Under the pieces are notes generated by a model. The model did not search any database. It had not been told where the DNA came from and worked only from the letters and a program-made list of their open reading frames with translations. A stretch of 63,704 nucleotides of DNA, filler included. It is 5 parts of 5 records of this genome, joined end to end, with 100 filler letters (N's around TTAATTAATTAA, not from the genome) between each part and the next. Parts side by side here need not be neighbours in the genome. Positions count along the whole stretch, not along the records: positions 36,951 to 49,528 come from DRR723986_4985; 4 more parts are not named here. The stretch is one strand, 5' to 3'. Of this stretch, positions 37,287-47,800 are shown piece after piece. The translations under genes were made by a program, and so were the position numbers. The number at the start of each line of letters is the position of its first letter. The first letter of the stretch is position 1.

Positions 37287-40200
37287 CTAATGGGCCGGAC
37301 TCGGTTTCTTCAGCGCTTTAAGACCCCAAGTGTAGACGTCGCCCCACTCGCCGGCGCAGATCACTTTGGTCTGATCTTGACTGAAGTCGATGCTGGAAAT
37401 GCGTTCGCCCTGAACATCAAATCCGCCGAGCGAAAAGAGATATTGCCCAGAGTTGATATCCCAGATTTGCGCGACGCCATCAGTGGCGCCGGTGAATATG
37501 CGGTGAGCATCTAAGTCAATCTTGACTGCCGAAAGTTCAGTTTCGCCAAGATCGAATTCCCTAGCGATTGCGCCACTTGTAACGTCCCAGAAATTCGCTT
37601 TTCCGCTTTCGTGAACGACCATGAGATCTTCAAGGTTGTCGCTAGCACTGAGCCAGAAGCGACCGTTCTCTGCCATTTGGAACGCTGCGATTGTTACATC
37701 ATTTGCGAGTGTTCTAATTTCTATTTGACCGGAATTTGTGACGTAGGCCAGAGTTTCTGCGTTGCACCAAATATCTTTTGCTTGTCCTTCCGTTCCCCAT
37801 TCATTGACAACTTCGTGGCTTCCTCTGGTCCAGTGTAGAATCCTATCCTCAACGACCAAAAGTAAATCACCGTTAGGCAGGTGCGAAAAAGAAGTTAGGC
37901 GAAGACCAGTTTCAATCATGAGACGACGCTTCCCAATCAATGGATCTACGAATTCGAGAACACCATCTTCGTATGCAATCGAGATTTCCTCGCCAATCGG
38001 ATTCCATGCAGTCTCAACTACTGACTCGGGCCTCAGGCGAAAGCTAGATACATTCTCCTCGCTAGAGCGGTCCCAAATGATGAGTTTCGGTTGTCCGGCG
38101 GTAAGAACCAAGTTTCCATTTGGACTGAGACTACAAAATCGAATTCCTTCATCGAACTCTTGGTATTGCCAACTTCCACGTACAGAAGTCTGTTCGGTGC
38201 TCCAGGTGATCAGTTTTCCATCTGCGCCGCCGCTCGCGATCTGCGTGCCATCCGGGTTAAAAGCAACGCAGTTCACCGCACTCTGATGCTCACGGAATTG
38301 CGCAATTTCAAATCCCTCCTCGTAGCGCCAAAGGCGAGCCGTACCATCTGAGCTAGCGCTGGCGAAACTATCGCCGTTAGGGCCCAGCTGCAGGTCGTTA
38401 ATAGGTTTGATATGCCCGGTATAGAAGAGACTCTGATAGCCGCTTTCATAATCCCATCCCTTGATCCACCCGTCATCGCCTGCTGACAACGCAATTGGGC
38501 CAGTGTCGTCTAGCTGAAAGCCCGGGAACGCTAGCGACGATATCGAGCGGGTGTGTCCATCAAACCGAGTGATCAGCCCTCGCGGCCTTCCCAGGGTTAG
38601 ATTGCCGAGGGTGTAGAGGTTTCTGAAGAGCGTGTCGGCTTCCTCGAGATGCCAGAAGTCGAGAGCGTTCTGGTCAGTCCCGCTAGCGAGAAAACTTCCG
38701 TCTGCAGTGAAAGCAACGCATCGTATGCTTCCAGACTCTGGTCGAATACTACGAATTTCTTCCTCAGTTTTTCGGTCTACAACTCTGATGACTCCGTCGG
38801 TTCCTCCGAACGCAAGCATTGTGGAGTCCGCGGAGATATCCATTGCGTTTACTTCGCACGAGTGTTTGAGCCTCGACTGTATAGCCCCACTTTCGTAGTC
38901 CCACGACTTGATCGTCCTGTCGGCACTCCCGCTGATGAGCGTTTGTCCGTTCGGCGTCAAAAGTACTTTGTTGATGGCGGCGGAATGCGCCTTCAGTGTA
39001 CGCGTCTCTTGCAAGGTACTCGCATCCCAGTAACGCAGCATTCCATCGCTCCCGCCGGTAACGATTTGTTTGCCATCCTTGCTATATAAGGTGGTGAGAA
39101 CTGAACCGCTGTGTGTTTCGCTTGTAGCGATGCTATCCGCTGAAAAGAGCTTCTTCAGTAGGAAGTACTCCCACTCACGCAAGGCCGGATCGGTTTGCGA
39201 GAGCGAGCGTTTGGCAATGATATGGTTGCCGTAATCCCACTCAGTTTTTGCGCGATTGATTTGACTGGCATATAGTCTCGCCTCGGACAGTTTCCGTGCA
39301 GATGTCTCTTGAGCAGCAAGTGTCTCCGCCCTAGCACGCTGTTCAGACTCCTGTCGCGCAAGTCGCTCCGCTCGGTTCCACTGGATAGTCGTTGATGTGA
39401 GGCCTACAAACAGTGAAGTCAGCAATGCCACGGCTCCAACAACGGCAAGACGATTTTTTCGATAGGCTTTTGAGCAACGGTAGAACCATGATGGCGGACA
39501 TGCGTGAACGGGACGGTCAGTTACGTATCTCTCGATGTCGTCGGCAAATGCACCTGGAGAGTCGTAGCGGCGGTTCCGCTCTTTCTCCAACGCCTTCATG
39601 ACGATCCAGTCTAGTTCTCCCTGCAGCCTCAGTCTGACACGCCGCAGGGCGGAATCACGATCCCTGCCAAACGTCGACGGTTGACCGGAAGTTGTAGTTA
39701 GTCGCTGGCTCGGCTTCTCGGGCTCGACCTCTCGAATAATCCGACGAATCTCATCAACGCCAGCCGCCCGGAGTGTGGCACGGCTGAACGGAGTCGTATC
39801 CGTGAGCAACTCGTAGAGCATGACTCCCAGCGAGTAGACATCACTGCGTGTATCGACACTGAAATTCTCTTGGCCTGCCTGCTCAGGGCTCATGTAGAGC
39901 GGTGTGCCCAAAATCAGCGAATGTGATGTAAATCGTGTTGCCCCAATCGAGTCTTGGTCGATCGCTTTCGCAATGCCAAAGTCAATGATCTTGATTTTTG
40001 GTTTGCCTTCCTTCGAAGCAACCAGGACATTGGATGGCTTCAGATCGCGGTGAATTACACCTTTTTGATGAGCATGCTTTACGCCCTCACAGACTTCGAC
40101 GAACAGTTGCAGCCTGCCATTGATTGGCATGCGTTGAGCTTTGCAGAATTCGGTAAGCGGGACGCCCTCAACGAGTTCCATAACAAAATAGGGCCTGCCA

Positions 40201-40682
40201 CTACCGGTTGCTCCCGCATCCAGGACGCGCGCGATATTAGGATGGTCCATTAATGCGAGTGTTTGACGCTCCGCTTCGAAACGTCGCGTCACTTGTTCCG
40301 TATCCATCCCTGCTTTGATGATCTTCACTGCGACTTGCCGTTTAATCGGCGTAGTTTGCTCTGCTAGGTAAACAGAGCCCATGCCACCTTCACCAAGCTT
40401 CTCTTGCAGCTTGTATGGTCCAATCATCTTTGGCTCATCAAAATCAAGCAGCCCTTTAGGCCTTGAATGCTTGTCCCCACTACCAAGCGGTTTGACCTCA
40501 GCTTCGATTGCCTCATGGGACTGCGTTGCGAGAACTTCCTGAAGCTCTCGCACCGCGTCAGCCAGCTCCTGCGACTCGATAGCAAGCTGTTCCAGATAAC
40601 GCTCTTTCTCGGATTCCGACGAAAGGGCAAAGCACTTAATGAATGCAGTTTTTACAGAATTCTGGAACTCTGACTTGGACAT
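37287..40682 (-). CDS. Ser/Thr protein kinase with TM segment and WD40 repeats
   Basis: 'LGEGGMGSVY', 'VAVK', 'HRDLKPSN', 'DFG', 'GTPLYMSPEQ', followed by multiple GH..WD repeats; a typical planctomycete architecture. Confidence 0.95.
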   Translation of the reverse strand: MSKSEFQNSVKTAFIKCFALSSESEKERYLEQLAIESQELADAVRELQEVLATQSHEAIEAEVKPLGSGDKHSRPKGLLDFDEPKMIGPYKLQEKLGEGGMGSVYLAEQTTPIKRQVAVKIIKAGMDTEQVTRRFEAERQTLALMDHPNIARVLDAGATGSGRPYFVMELVEGVPLTEFCKAQRMPINGRLQLFVEVCEGVKHAHQKGVIHRDLKPSNVLVASKEGKPKIKIIDFGIAKAIDQDSIGATRFTSHSLILGTPLYMSPEQAGQENFSVDTRSDVYSLGVMLYELLTDTTPFSRATLRAAGVDEIRRIIREVEPEKPSQRLTTTSGQPSTFGRDRDSALRRVRLRLQGELDWIVMKALEKERNRRYDSPGAFADDIERYVTDRPVHACPPSWFYRCSKAYRKNRLAVVGAVALLTSLFVGLTSTTIQWNRAERLARQESEQRARAETLAAQETSARKLSEARLYASQINRAKTEWDYGNHIIAKRSLSQTDPALREWEYFLLKKLFSADSIATSETHSGSVLTTLYSKDGKQIVTGGSDGMLRYWDASTLQETRTLKAHSAAINKVLLTPNGQTLISGSADRTIKSWDYESGAIQSRLKHSCEVNAMDISADSTMLAFGGTDGVIRVVDRKTEEEIRSIRPESGSIRCVAFTADGSFLASGTDQNALDFWHLEEADTLFRNLYTLGNLTLGRPRGLITRFDGHTRSISSLAFPGFQLDDTGPIALSAGDDGWIKGWDYESGYQSLFYTGHIKPINDLQLGPNGDSFASASSDGTARLWRYEEGFEIAQFREHQSAVNCVAFNPDGTQIASGGADGKLITWSTEQTSVRGSWQYQEFDEGIRFCSLSPNGNLVLTAGQPKLIIWDRSSEENVSSFRLRPESVVETAWNPIGEEISIAYEDGVLEFVDPLIGKRRLMIETGLRLTSFSHLPNGDLLLVVEDRILHWTRGSHEVVNEWGTEGQAKDIWCNAETLAYVTNSGQIEIRTLANDVTIAAFQMAENGRFWLSASDNLEDLMVVHESGKANFWDVTSGAIAREFDLGETELSAVKIDLDAHRIFTGATDGVAQIWDINSGQYLFSLGGFDVQGERISSIDFSQDQTKVICAGEWGDVYTWGLKALKKPSPAH

Positions 40683-40833
40683 AATTCAACCACGCGCAAA
40701 TTCGGAGATCGGCGACGAATCCTGGGCCAGTAAGCCCTGGCTTGAACAAAGGCTAAGCCCATACTGGATAATGCGAGAGGAGACGCCTCGTTCTCCACCA
40801 TTCCATTTAGAAAATCCCGGATTGGGCTTCTTG

Positions 40834-41415
40834 TTAGGGCTGGGAGGTGCCTAATAGTTGGAGCAATCTCGCTTTGGCGTAGTTCCACTTCGCGTAGGCG
40901 CTGGAGCTGGGAATGTCGCAAGCCTTGGCCGCATCTGACATCGAGAGTCCACAGAAATACCGGAGTTTGATCAATTCAACGGTCTCGGAATCTTCTTTGG
41001 CGATCAGATCGAGAGCTTCGTTCACCTCTAGAACGAGAGACGGATCTTGCGTCGCCGCAGCGAACTGGTCAGCAACGGCTCCATCCAGCTCGAGACGCTT
41101 GCGATCGCCGCCGCGTTGTTTGCCTAGTTTTCGTCGCGCGTGCTCAACCAGAATTCGCCGCATTGCCTCAGCGGCGGCGGAAAAGAAGTGCCCACGCCCA
41201 TCCCAGCCATCGGGACGGTCTTCTCGGACTAAACGAAGGTAGGCTTCGTTTACGAGCGCTGTTCCCTGTAGCGTGTGGTCGGAGCGTTCCTTTCGCATCA
41301 TTGAGCCCGCAAGCTGTTTCAACTCTCGGTATACGAGAGGCAGGAGTTCCTCCGTCGCAGATTCTTGCCCGGACGAAATCTTCTCGAGCAATTCCGTAAC
41401 GTCTTCCAAAACCAA
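40834..41415 (-). CDS. ECF sigma factor, planctomycete kinase-associated type (TIGR02999-like)
   Basis: 'LLPLVYREL', 'HTLQGTALVNEAYLRL', 'HFFSAAAEAMRRILVEHAR', 'LIKLRYF.GL'; adjacent to the kinase. Confidence 0.92.
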   Translation of the reverse strand: MVLEDVTELLEKISSGQESATEELLPLVYRELKQLAGSMMRKERSDHTLQGTALVNEAYLRLVREDRPDGWDGRGHFFSAAAEAMRRILVEHARRKLGKQRGGDRKRLELDGAVADQFAAATQDPSLVLEVNEALDLIAKEDSETVELIKLRYFCGLSMSDAAKACDIPSSSAYAKWNYAKARLLQLLGTSQP

Positions 41416-41874
41416 ACACCTTTCCGATAGATTTGCGAGCTCGCTTACTATAGCTAAGCCGTGTGGGGAACGAAATAAATCGCGGGCAATCTTTCCGAAA
41501 CAGCGTCACCGCGCCCTACCCGTCCAGCCGTGTGTCTTGGCAATGTTCAGGATCCCCCGCATTCGCGAGCATTCTTTATTTGCCAAAACTTCTTCACTGG
41601 ACCTCCGGACTGTTTCGGCTAGCTGAACGAGGTGGGTGTTGTCGTGCTGATTGAGCATGAGCAGAAGCCACTCGCCTAAAGTCGGGCTGCTACATATTGC
41701 GTTTCCAGCTTCCGGTCAATTCGAGAAAGTTTCAGGGATTCTTGGAATTCCTCCTGCTAAGTCTCGCATTGACCTTTGAAGACAAATCCGACACGCATAG
41801 GTAACTCGAACAACATGCAAATTCTATCAGAGCAAAACTGCATTTCAGACCGCCGCGGAGACAACGTTGCAGGA

Positions 41875-42546
41875 ATGCATCTATTCGCACATAGACAAAA
41901 GTCTCGGTCTAAGTTCGGCACAGTTAGAGCAGACAAATCGAGCACCACAATTCGGCTTGCCACTTCAGCTGAAGACTTAGCGATGGTGTATCGCTTTCGA
42001 TACACCATCTACATCGAAGAAATGGAAAGGCTGCAGCATTATGCGAACCATTCTGCAAAGACCATAGTAGACCCGCTGGATAAAAGTGGCTACACGTTGG
42101 CGGCTTGGAGAGGCGGCCAAGTTGTTGCTACCGTCAGAAACAATTACTTCAGCGAGGAAGCTGCTACAGAATACCTGGAGCTTTACGGAATTCCGTGCAG
42201 GGACAATAACTCGCGGACCGTTTTCACGACGCGACTTATGGTTGCACCAAGCTTCCGACGAGGCACGCTGGCAACCAGAGTCTGCATTCAGCTTTATCGC
42301 GAAGCTCTTTCGCGGGGCACGACGACCGCCTATCTGGATTGCAATAGCCATTTGGTTGGGTATTTCGAGGGACTTGGCTACCGCATGCATCTTCGAGAAG
42401 TCGAACATCGTGAGTACGGAGCAGTGGCCGTAATGCGATTAGATCTGCACGACCTTGAATATCTAGAACGCATTCGCTCCCCGTTTCGACGTGCGTGTTC
42501 GGAATTTCTCGGCCTGGAGCTCAGTCGTCGTTGCGACGCCTCGTGA
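41875..42546 (+). CDS. GNAT N-acyltransferase (N-acyl amino acid synthase / LuxI-like fold)
   Basis: 'VYRFRYTIYIEE', 'DPLD', 'VVATVR', 'RLMVAPSFRRG', 'YFEGLGY'. Start codon uncertain. Confidence 0.75.
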   Translation: MHLFAHRQKSRSKFGTVRADKSSTTIRLATSAEDLAMVYRFRYTIYIEEMERLQHYANHSAKTIVDPLDKSGYTLAAWRGGQVVATVRNNYFSEEAATEYLELYGIPCRDNNSRTVFTTRLMVAPSFRRGTLATRVCIQLYREALSRGTTTAYLDCNSHLVGYFEGLGYRMHLREVEHREYGAVAVMRLDLHDLEYLERIRSPFRRACSEFLGLELSRRCDAS

Positions 42547-42589
42547 ATCGATAACCCTTCAAAAATCTCCACATTGGAAAGGTAAGACA

Positions 42590-43354
42590 ATGACAATTTC
42601 CATGCACCTACCAAAGAACGCCATCGCGAGCGATTTACGGGTCGTGCCCGGCGAGATGGGGCCAGAAGACATTGTGGCGCATTTCGATTCGCGAATCAGG
42701 GAAGTCGTGGCCGAATTCTCCGCGAGCGAACTCTGGCGTGTTGTCTCTGATCCAGACACGGATATTTCGCTGGTAAGAGAGATCATGAAAGAGGTCTATC
42801 TTGAAATCTCAATGTACCAACCTGCGGTGATCGAAGCGACGATCGCAATCATCGCCCAGATGCCGCGAACGATGGAGGTCGAGATGTTCGATGAAATGCT
42901 CCATCATCAGGTGGAAGAGTTTGATCATGGCGAAATGGCCTTGCGAGACTTCGTGCAACTTGGGGGCGACGAGCGGTTTGCAAGGTCGAGACGGATGAGT
43001 CCCTCAGCTTTCAACTGTGCCGCCACGTGGCGGATGCTCTGTCACCAACGGGAACCGTTTGCGTACCTGGGCGCTCTCTACCCATTCGAAGGCCTAACGC
43101 CAATTGTTTCCGAGCAAGTGAAGTCCGTACTCTATCAGCGAGGCTTCTCAACGGGGGATTCTGAGTTCATCGAGTACCACTCAACAGCTGACTTAGAGCA
43201 TACACGTATGGTGAAGGAACTTATTTCGAAGGTAGCGGAGCTCTACCCCGAATCGAAGGAGCAGATGTGCTATGGACTCGAGTACTTTCTAGCTGTTTAC
43301 CCGATGCCTGTTTGGAATGCTGCATTCCGCCGAGCAAAGCAGTCCCTGAGGTAA
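42590..43354 (+). CDS. Heme-oxygenase-like diiron oxidase (HDO; iron-containing redox enzyme family)
   Basis: Diiron ligand-like motifs 'QVEEFDH', 'YPFEG', 'EYHSTADLEH' (HxxxDxxH) in an all-helical ~254 aa protein. Confidence 0.78.
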   Translation: MTISMHLPKNAIASDLRVVPGEMGPEDIVAHFDSRIREVVAEFSASELWRVVSDPDTDISLVREIMKEVYLEISMYQPAVIEATIAIIAQMPRTMEVEMFDEMLHHQVEEFDHGEMALRDFVQLGGDERFARSRRMSPSAFNCAATWRMLCHQREPFAYLGALYPFEGLTPIVSEQVKSVLYQRGFSTGDSEFIEYHSTADLEHTRMVKELISKVAELYPESKEQMCYGLEYFLAVYPMPVWNAAFRRAKQSLR

Positions 43355-43359
43355 TCGCT

Positions 43360-43884
43360 GTGTGTCCCAAGATTGGTATCTACTATGCCTCATCCGGCGG
43401 ACGTACGAAACGCGTCGTTGGGTCTCTCGCCGAAATTCTGAGTAAAAGAGCCGATGTAGAGGCTCATGACATTCGCTCTGCTGAATTGAATGGGATCAGC
43501 AATTGGGATCTTCTAATTCTCGGGTCGCCAACTTACGGATCTGGGGAGCTCCATCCGAACTGGACCAACTGGAGTCGAGAGATCGTTTCGATGAACTTGA
43601 AATTGTCGAGGACGCAGACCGCGTTGTTTGCACTGGGCGACCAGAGACATCACCGCAGCACTTTTGGCGATGCGATTTGGAGGCTGGAGGAACTTCGTGA
43701 CACGCTGGGATCACCAGCAGTCGGTGAAATCGAAAATCCTGATGGTAACGGTGAGCGACTACCAGGTTTGGTGCTAGACGCGATCTCACAACGTCGCTCA
43801 ATCCCTTCTCAACTCGAGCTGTGGGCGAAGCAGATATTCGCCGAGCTGGAAACGGGGCGGCAACGCATCAACGCACTTAAATAG
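43360..43884 (+). CDS. Flavodoxin
   Basis: 'IYYASSGGRT', 'LILGSPTYGSGEL', 'ALFALGDQ..FGDA', 'GLVLD'. GTG start 5 nt after the HDO stop. Confidence 0.85.
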   Translation: MCPKIGIYYASSGGRTKRVVGSLAEILSKRADVEAHDIRSAELNGISNWDLLILGSPTYGSGELHPNWTNWSREIVSMNLKLSRTQTALFALGDQRHHRSTFGDAIWRLEELRDTLGSPAVGEIENPDGNGERLPGLVLDAISQRRSIPSQLELWAKQIFAELETGRQRINALK

Positions 43885-43888
43885 TAGC

Positions 43889-44611
43889 TTGACGCACAAG
43901 CGAACTACTCTTCCACAATGCCCTTTGCTAAGGCGATCCTTGAAATTGAACTTGCCATTAAGTGTTAGATGTAACGGGCAGCTAGTTGCTCAACTGAGAG
44001 CTGAACTGGGTTGGACGCAAGAAGAGCTTGCCGCACGATCCGGTTACTCCGATCGGCTAGTCCGAAAAGTTGAGTCGAGCCAATCGGTGTCGAGGTCGAC
44101 AGTGGAGAAGCTCGCGTCCGTCTTCGTTGAGCAAGGCCAGAGTCTCGTGGCTGCTGACCTCTTGGTGGATCCAGCTGACATCGCACGGCAATTCATTGCG
44201 GGGATGTATACCCACAAAGCGAAGGTCATCGACTTCATGCAAGAGATGATCGACGATCAAATCGTTCTGCATTTTGCCGGCGATCCATCCGTGTTTCCGT
44301 TCGCTGGGGAGCATAGAGGGCTCGACGGAGCGCGGCACGCGTTTCGATTGTTTTATTCCGTGATTGAGCCGCCCGAAGACACGTCAGAGATTGACCACTT
44401 TGAGTTCCTATCAACGGGGCTTGGAGCGTTGGTATGGGGAAAGACTTTTGCATCCCCGATTGGAGTTCAGGTAACTACACCAGTCAGCTTGACCATACGC
44501 ATGGACTTTCGTCGAGGCAAGTTAATCCGTTTTGATGATCGCTTCGACACCGCTGCTGCCCAAGAAGCCTTTCTGCAGGCAGGTTTCTTACCAAGTGAGG
44601 GCAATATTTAG
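43889..44611 (+). CDS. XRE HTH fused to an NTF2/SnoaL-like domain (one-component regulator)
   Basis: 'LRAELGWTQEELAARSGYSDRLVRKVES' plus 'PFAGEHRGLDG..MDFRRGKLIRFDDRFDT'. The true start may be slightly downstream. Confidence 0.78.
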   Translation: MTHKRTTLPQCPLLRRSLKLNLPLSVRCNGQLVAQLRAELGWTQEELAARSGYSDRLVRKVESSQSVSRSTVEKLASVFVEQGQSLVAADLLVDPADIARQFIAGMYTHKAKVIDFMQEMIDDQIVLHFAGDPSVFPFAGEHRGLDGARHAFRLFYSVIEPPEDTSEIDHFEFLSTGLGALVWGKTFASPIGVQVTTPVSLTIRMDFRRGKLIRFDDRFDTAAAQEAFLQAGFLPSEGNI

Positions 44612-44810
44612 CGTGCCCCTTGTACGGGAGCCGGTCGTTCCGGTTCCGTTCCTGGACATGACTGTGCCCTACTGCTTACGCTCTCATGTCTCGGGCGCAG
44701 GGACGAACGCTTCGTCTTGTTACCTCAGAATTCACGGTTTCAGTTTCCAATCGAAGCTACACACTGAGCTTTGCTTCTAGATTAGATCGAATCCCCTCTT
44801 GGATCACGAC

Positions 44811-47800
44811 ATGCCTATCTCTTCATTCGCCCGAAAGCCGCGATCCGCCCACTCGAATCGAAAAAGTGTGCAGCGTCAAAAACGTAGGAGACTGCAGGCC
44901 GAGTTGCTCGAGGATCGCCGGTTGCTGGCAGCAGATTTCGAAACTATTCTGCCAATTGGTGAGATTCGAAGCGTCTCCTTCGGCGGACTTGGTGGGCCGC
45001 AATCTTTGGAAGCCGCACATCGCGATCTTGAAGTCAAACGAATCGTCCGCGACAACTTCCAGATCCTTTTTGATTCGGTAAATCGAAATCTGAGCGTTCA
45101 ATCCCCTCCGCTCCGCCGCGCTCTCGATAGCCTCACTCCCGGACGAGATTCATTCAATGAGATTCGCAATTGGAACGGTGGTATCCGCCCCGGGAGTTTC
45201 ACTGGTGTTTTAGATCTGGGAGTACCCGACAACAACAATGCAGTCGTAGCAGTTGTTGGAGCGGATCTCGTCGAGAACTACAACGACTACGATTTCGTCT
45301 CAGTTGTGGGCTACAGCTTAGGAGGGGATACAGCACTGGAACTAGCAGAGCACCTGTTTCACAACGGGCAGCGGGAAATAGATGCGCTAGCAGTCATCGA
45401 TCCAAGTGAAAGCAGCCGAGGGCAGGTTGGTTTTTTCAGAAGGCTCAATCCTGGTGGCGTAGAGTCGAACGTTAAGCATCTCTTCAATCGCTTCCAAACG
45501 AACTATCCATTTCCCCAAGACTATCAAGACCGAGATCGTTGGATTGGCGTCTCGAGTCCGTCCGAAACCATAAGTGACCAGGAACGGTACAACGACCGTC
45601 GCAATGCGGATGGAAGTACGAAAAAGCGAGGCTGCGAACCGAGAGACTACCTAAAGGGGTTCTGCACTATTTTCGGCTCAGGACGGACGAGTCGCATTGA
45701 CCACCAGCAAATTGCAAACGACGACTATTTGGAAACGGAGTACACGGCGATTCTGACAGAAAGGCTAGCACAAGTTTCCAAAACGCCCGACATCGCCGCT
45801 GAGTTCGCCGATTTGCGATCGCGTCAGCCAGACGATGCCAATCAAGTATTTCTGTGGGATGTTGATGGTGAACAAGGGCGTGTTTTGTTGGAGGTAACGA
45901 AGAACGGACGGGTCATTCAGCCGTACACACCACGTGACAGCACTGGGAGTTTCAGTTTCGATAGTTTAGGAGCCGGAGAGTTTCAGTTTAGCCTCGTTGC
46001 GGAGTCCTACAACGCAGCCTTTGCGACATACAAGGTCTCTGTTTTCGATGCTGACCAAGCTCCGCCGATCGTAAGTCTTGCGGGATCAACTGGCGCGATC
46101 CTCGATGCCGAAGCCCGTCAATTTGATTGGTCGATCTTGGATGCCTCAGGGGTAGCGTTTGCTTCAGTTGCAGTGACGGGACCACAAGGACAGTTGTTCT
46201 CCTCAAATCTACAGACGGGCGCGTTCTCGTTGAACTCCTACGGCCCCGGATTCTATCGGATGTCTGCTTACGCAAGTGATGCAGACACCGATTGGAGTGG
46301 AGATCAAAAAACCTCTCGAACGGCGTACCGTTCTGTACAGGTGGTAGATGACGACACGGCTGCGCCGGAATTTTCATTCTTCGACGGACTAGGTCAGCCG
46401 CTAGTCGGAAGTTTTGCGTCAGAGAGCCACGGGCTCGATAACCGGATTGCTTGGAACGTCGTAGATGCATCTGGACTCAGCTCGATGCAAGCTGTGCTGC
46501 GACGAGATGGACAGGTCGTTCGCGAGGAGGCGGTTAGCAGTGCCGGCTCCATGAATCTAGACGCGTTAGGAGCTGGGCGATTCGAACTTACCTTGACGGC
46601 AGTCGATGGCGACTCAGATGGATGGATTGGCGATTCGCTTACGGCTACGGACTCCGTTGTCCTTACAGTGACAAATGAAGCTCCAGAAGTGTTTATAGGT
46701 GGCCCCTATGCAATCGACGAAGGCGGATTGCTCAATTTGCACGCCCAGGGAACAGACGCTGACCCCGGCGATGCGGAAACATTGGCTTACACCTGGGATT
46801 TGGATAGTGATGGCCTATTCGATGACGCTTTTGTGGCAGCACCCGCGATTACATGGGAACAACTTCGCCAGTTTGGGATGGCGGACGACGGTACGTACCC
46901 TATTGCAGTGAGGGTTGAAGATCGGTTAGGCGAGGTAGCACAGGCAGCAGGCTTGATTACCGTGAACAATGCGGCACCTACCATTGTCCGCATTTCTGCG
47001 CCATCGACGGCGCAAGAGGCTGAAGAAGTTGTCTTGACGGGAGAGTTTGCCGATGCGGGACTTGAGGACACCCATACGGTTACGATCGACTGGGGCGACG
47101 GTTCAAGCAGCGATGCGACAGTCGACAGTGTCACCCGGACTTTCTCGGCCAAGCACGTCTATGCAGACGACAAGCCAACTGCAACCCCGGTCGACGACTA
47201 CATCATTCGCGTCACCGTGGTCGACGATGACGGCGACTCGAATTTACAAGAATCACGAGAGGCATTTGCATCGACGTTGTCCTCCGGCGGGGTCGAATTC
47301 GCATCGTTCTTGCAGGCGTTGCCGGAAGGGACAAGTGGTCTCCTCCAGTCAGCTTCAGTCGTGGCTGATCCCCAACCCGTCGATACAACGCTCGTTGCTG
47401 GGGACTCATTCTTTCATCAACACCTTATCGACTATCCTGTGAGCGGCCCTTTTGACCTGCCGGCGACCTGGACGAGTTTCGCAGCAGCGGATGGATTTCA
47501 TACGCATACATTTGATATCCTGTCGCAACGAATAGAATTCAGCGGTGGGAATCTCGGAGACTTTTCGGACAGCCGAACGTTCACGATGGCTTCCAGGGAA
47601 ACAATAGATGGTTCTAGCGGGTTACCAATAGAGCACGAGCATTCAACTGGGGCTGTGAGCTTCACCACGCAAACAGCTTTCACGTATCGACCCAACCAAG
47701 CCAACGCCCGCTATGCAACGGGCAATTTGTTGAGCAATCCGGGTGCACAGAGTGGACTATCCAACTGGTTAATTCGTGCCGGGCAACCTAGGTGGACCAC

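Noticed and set aside
41875-42546. Calling the planctomycete GNAT a LuxI AHL synthase
   Set aside because: It lacks the LuxI 'R..VF...LGW' and 'E.SRF' signatures and has no LuxR neighbour.
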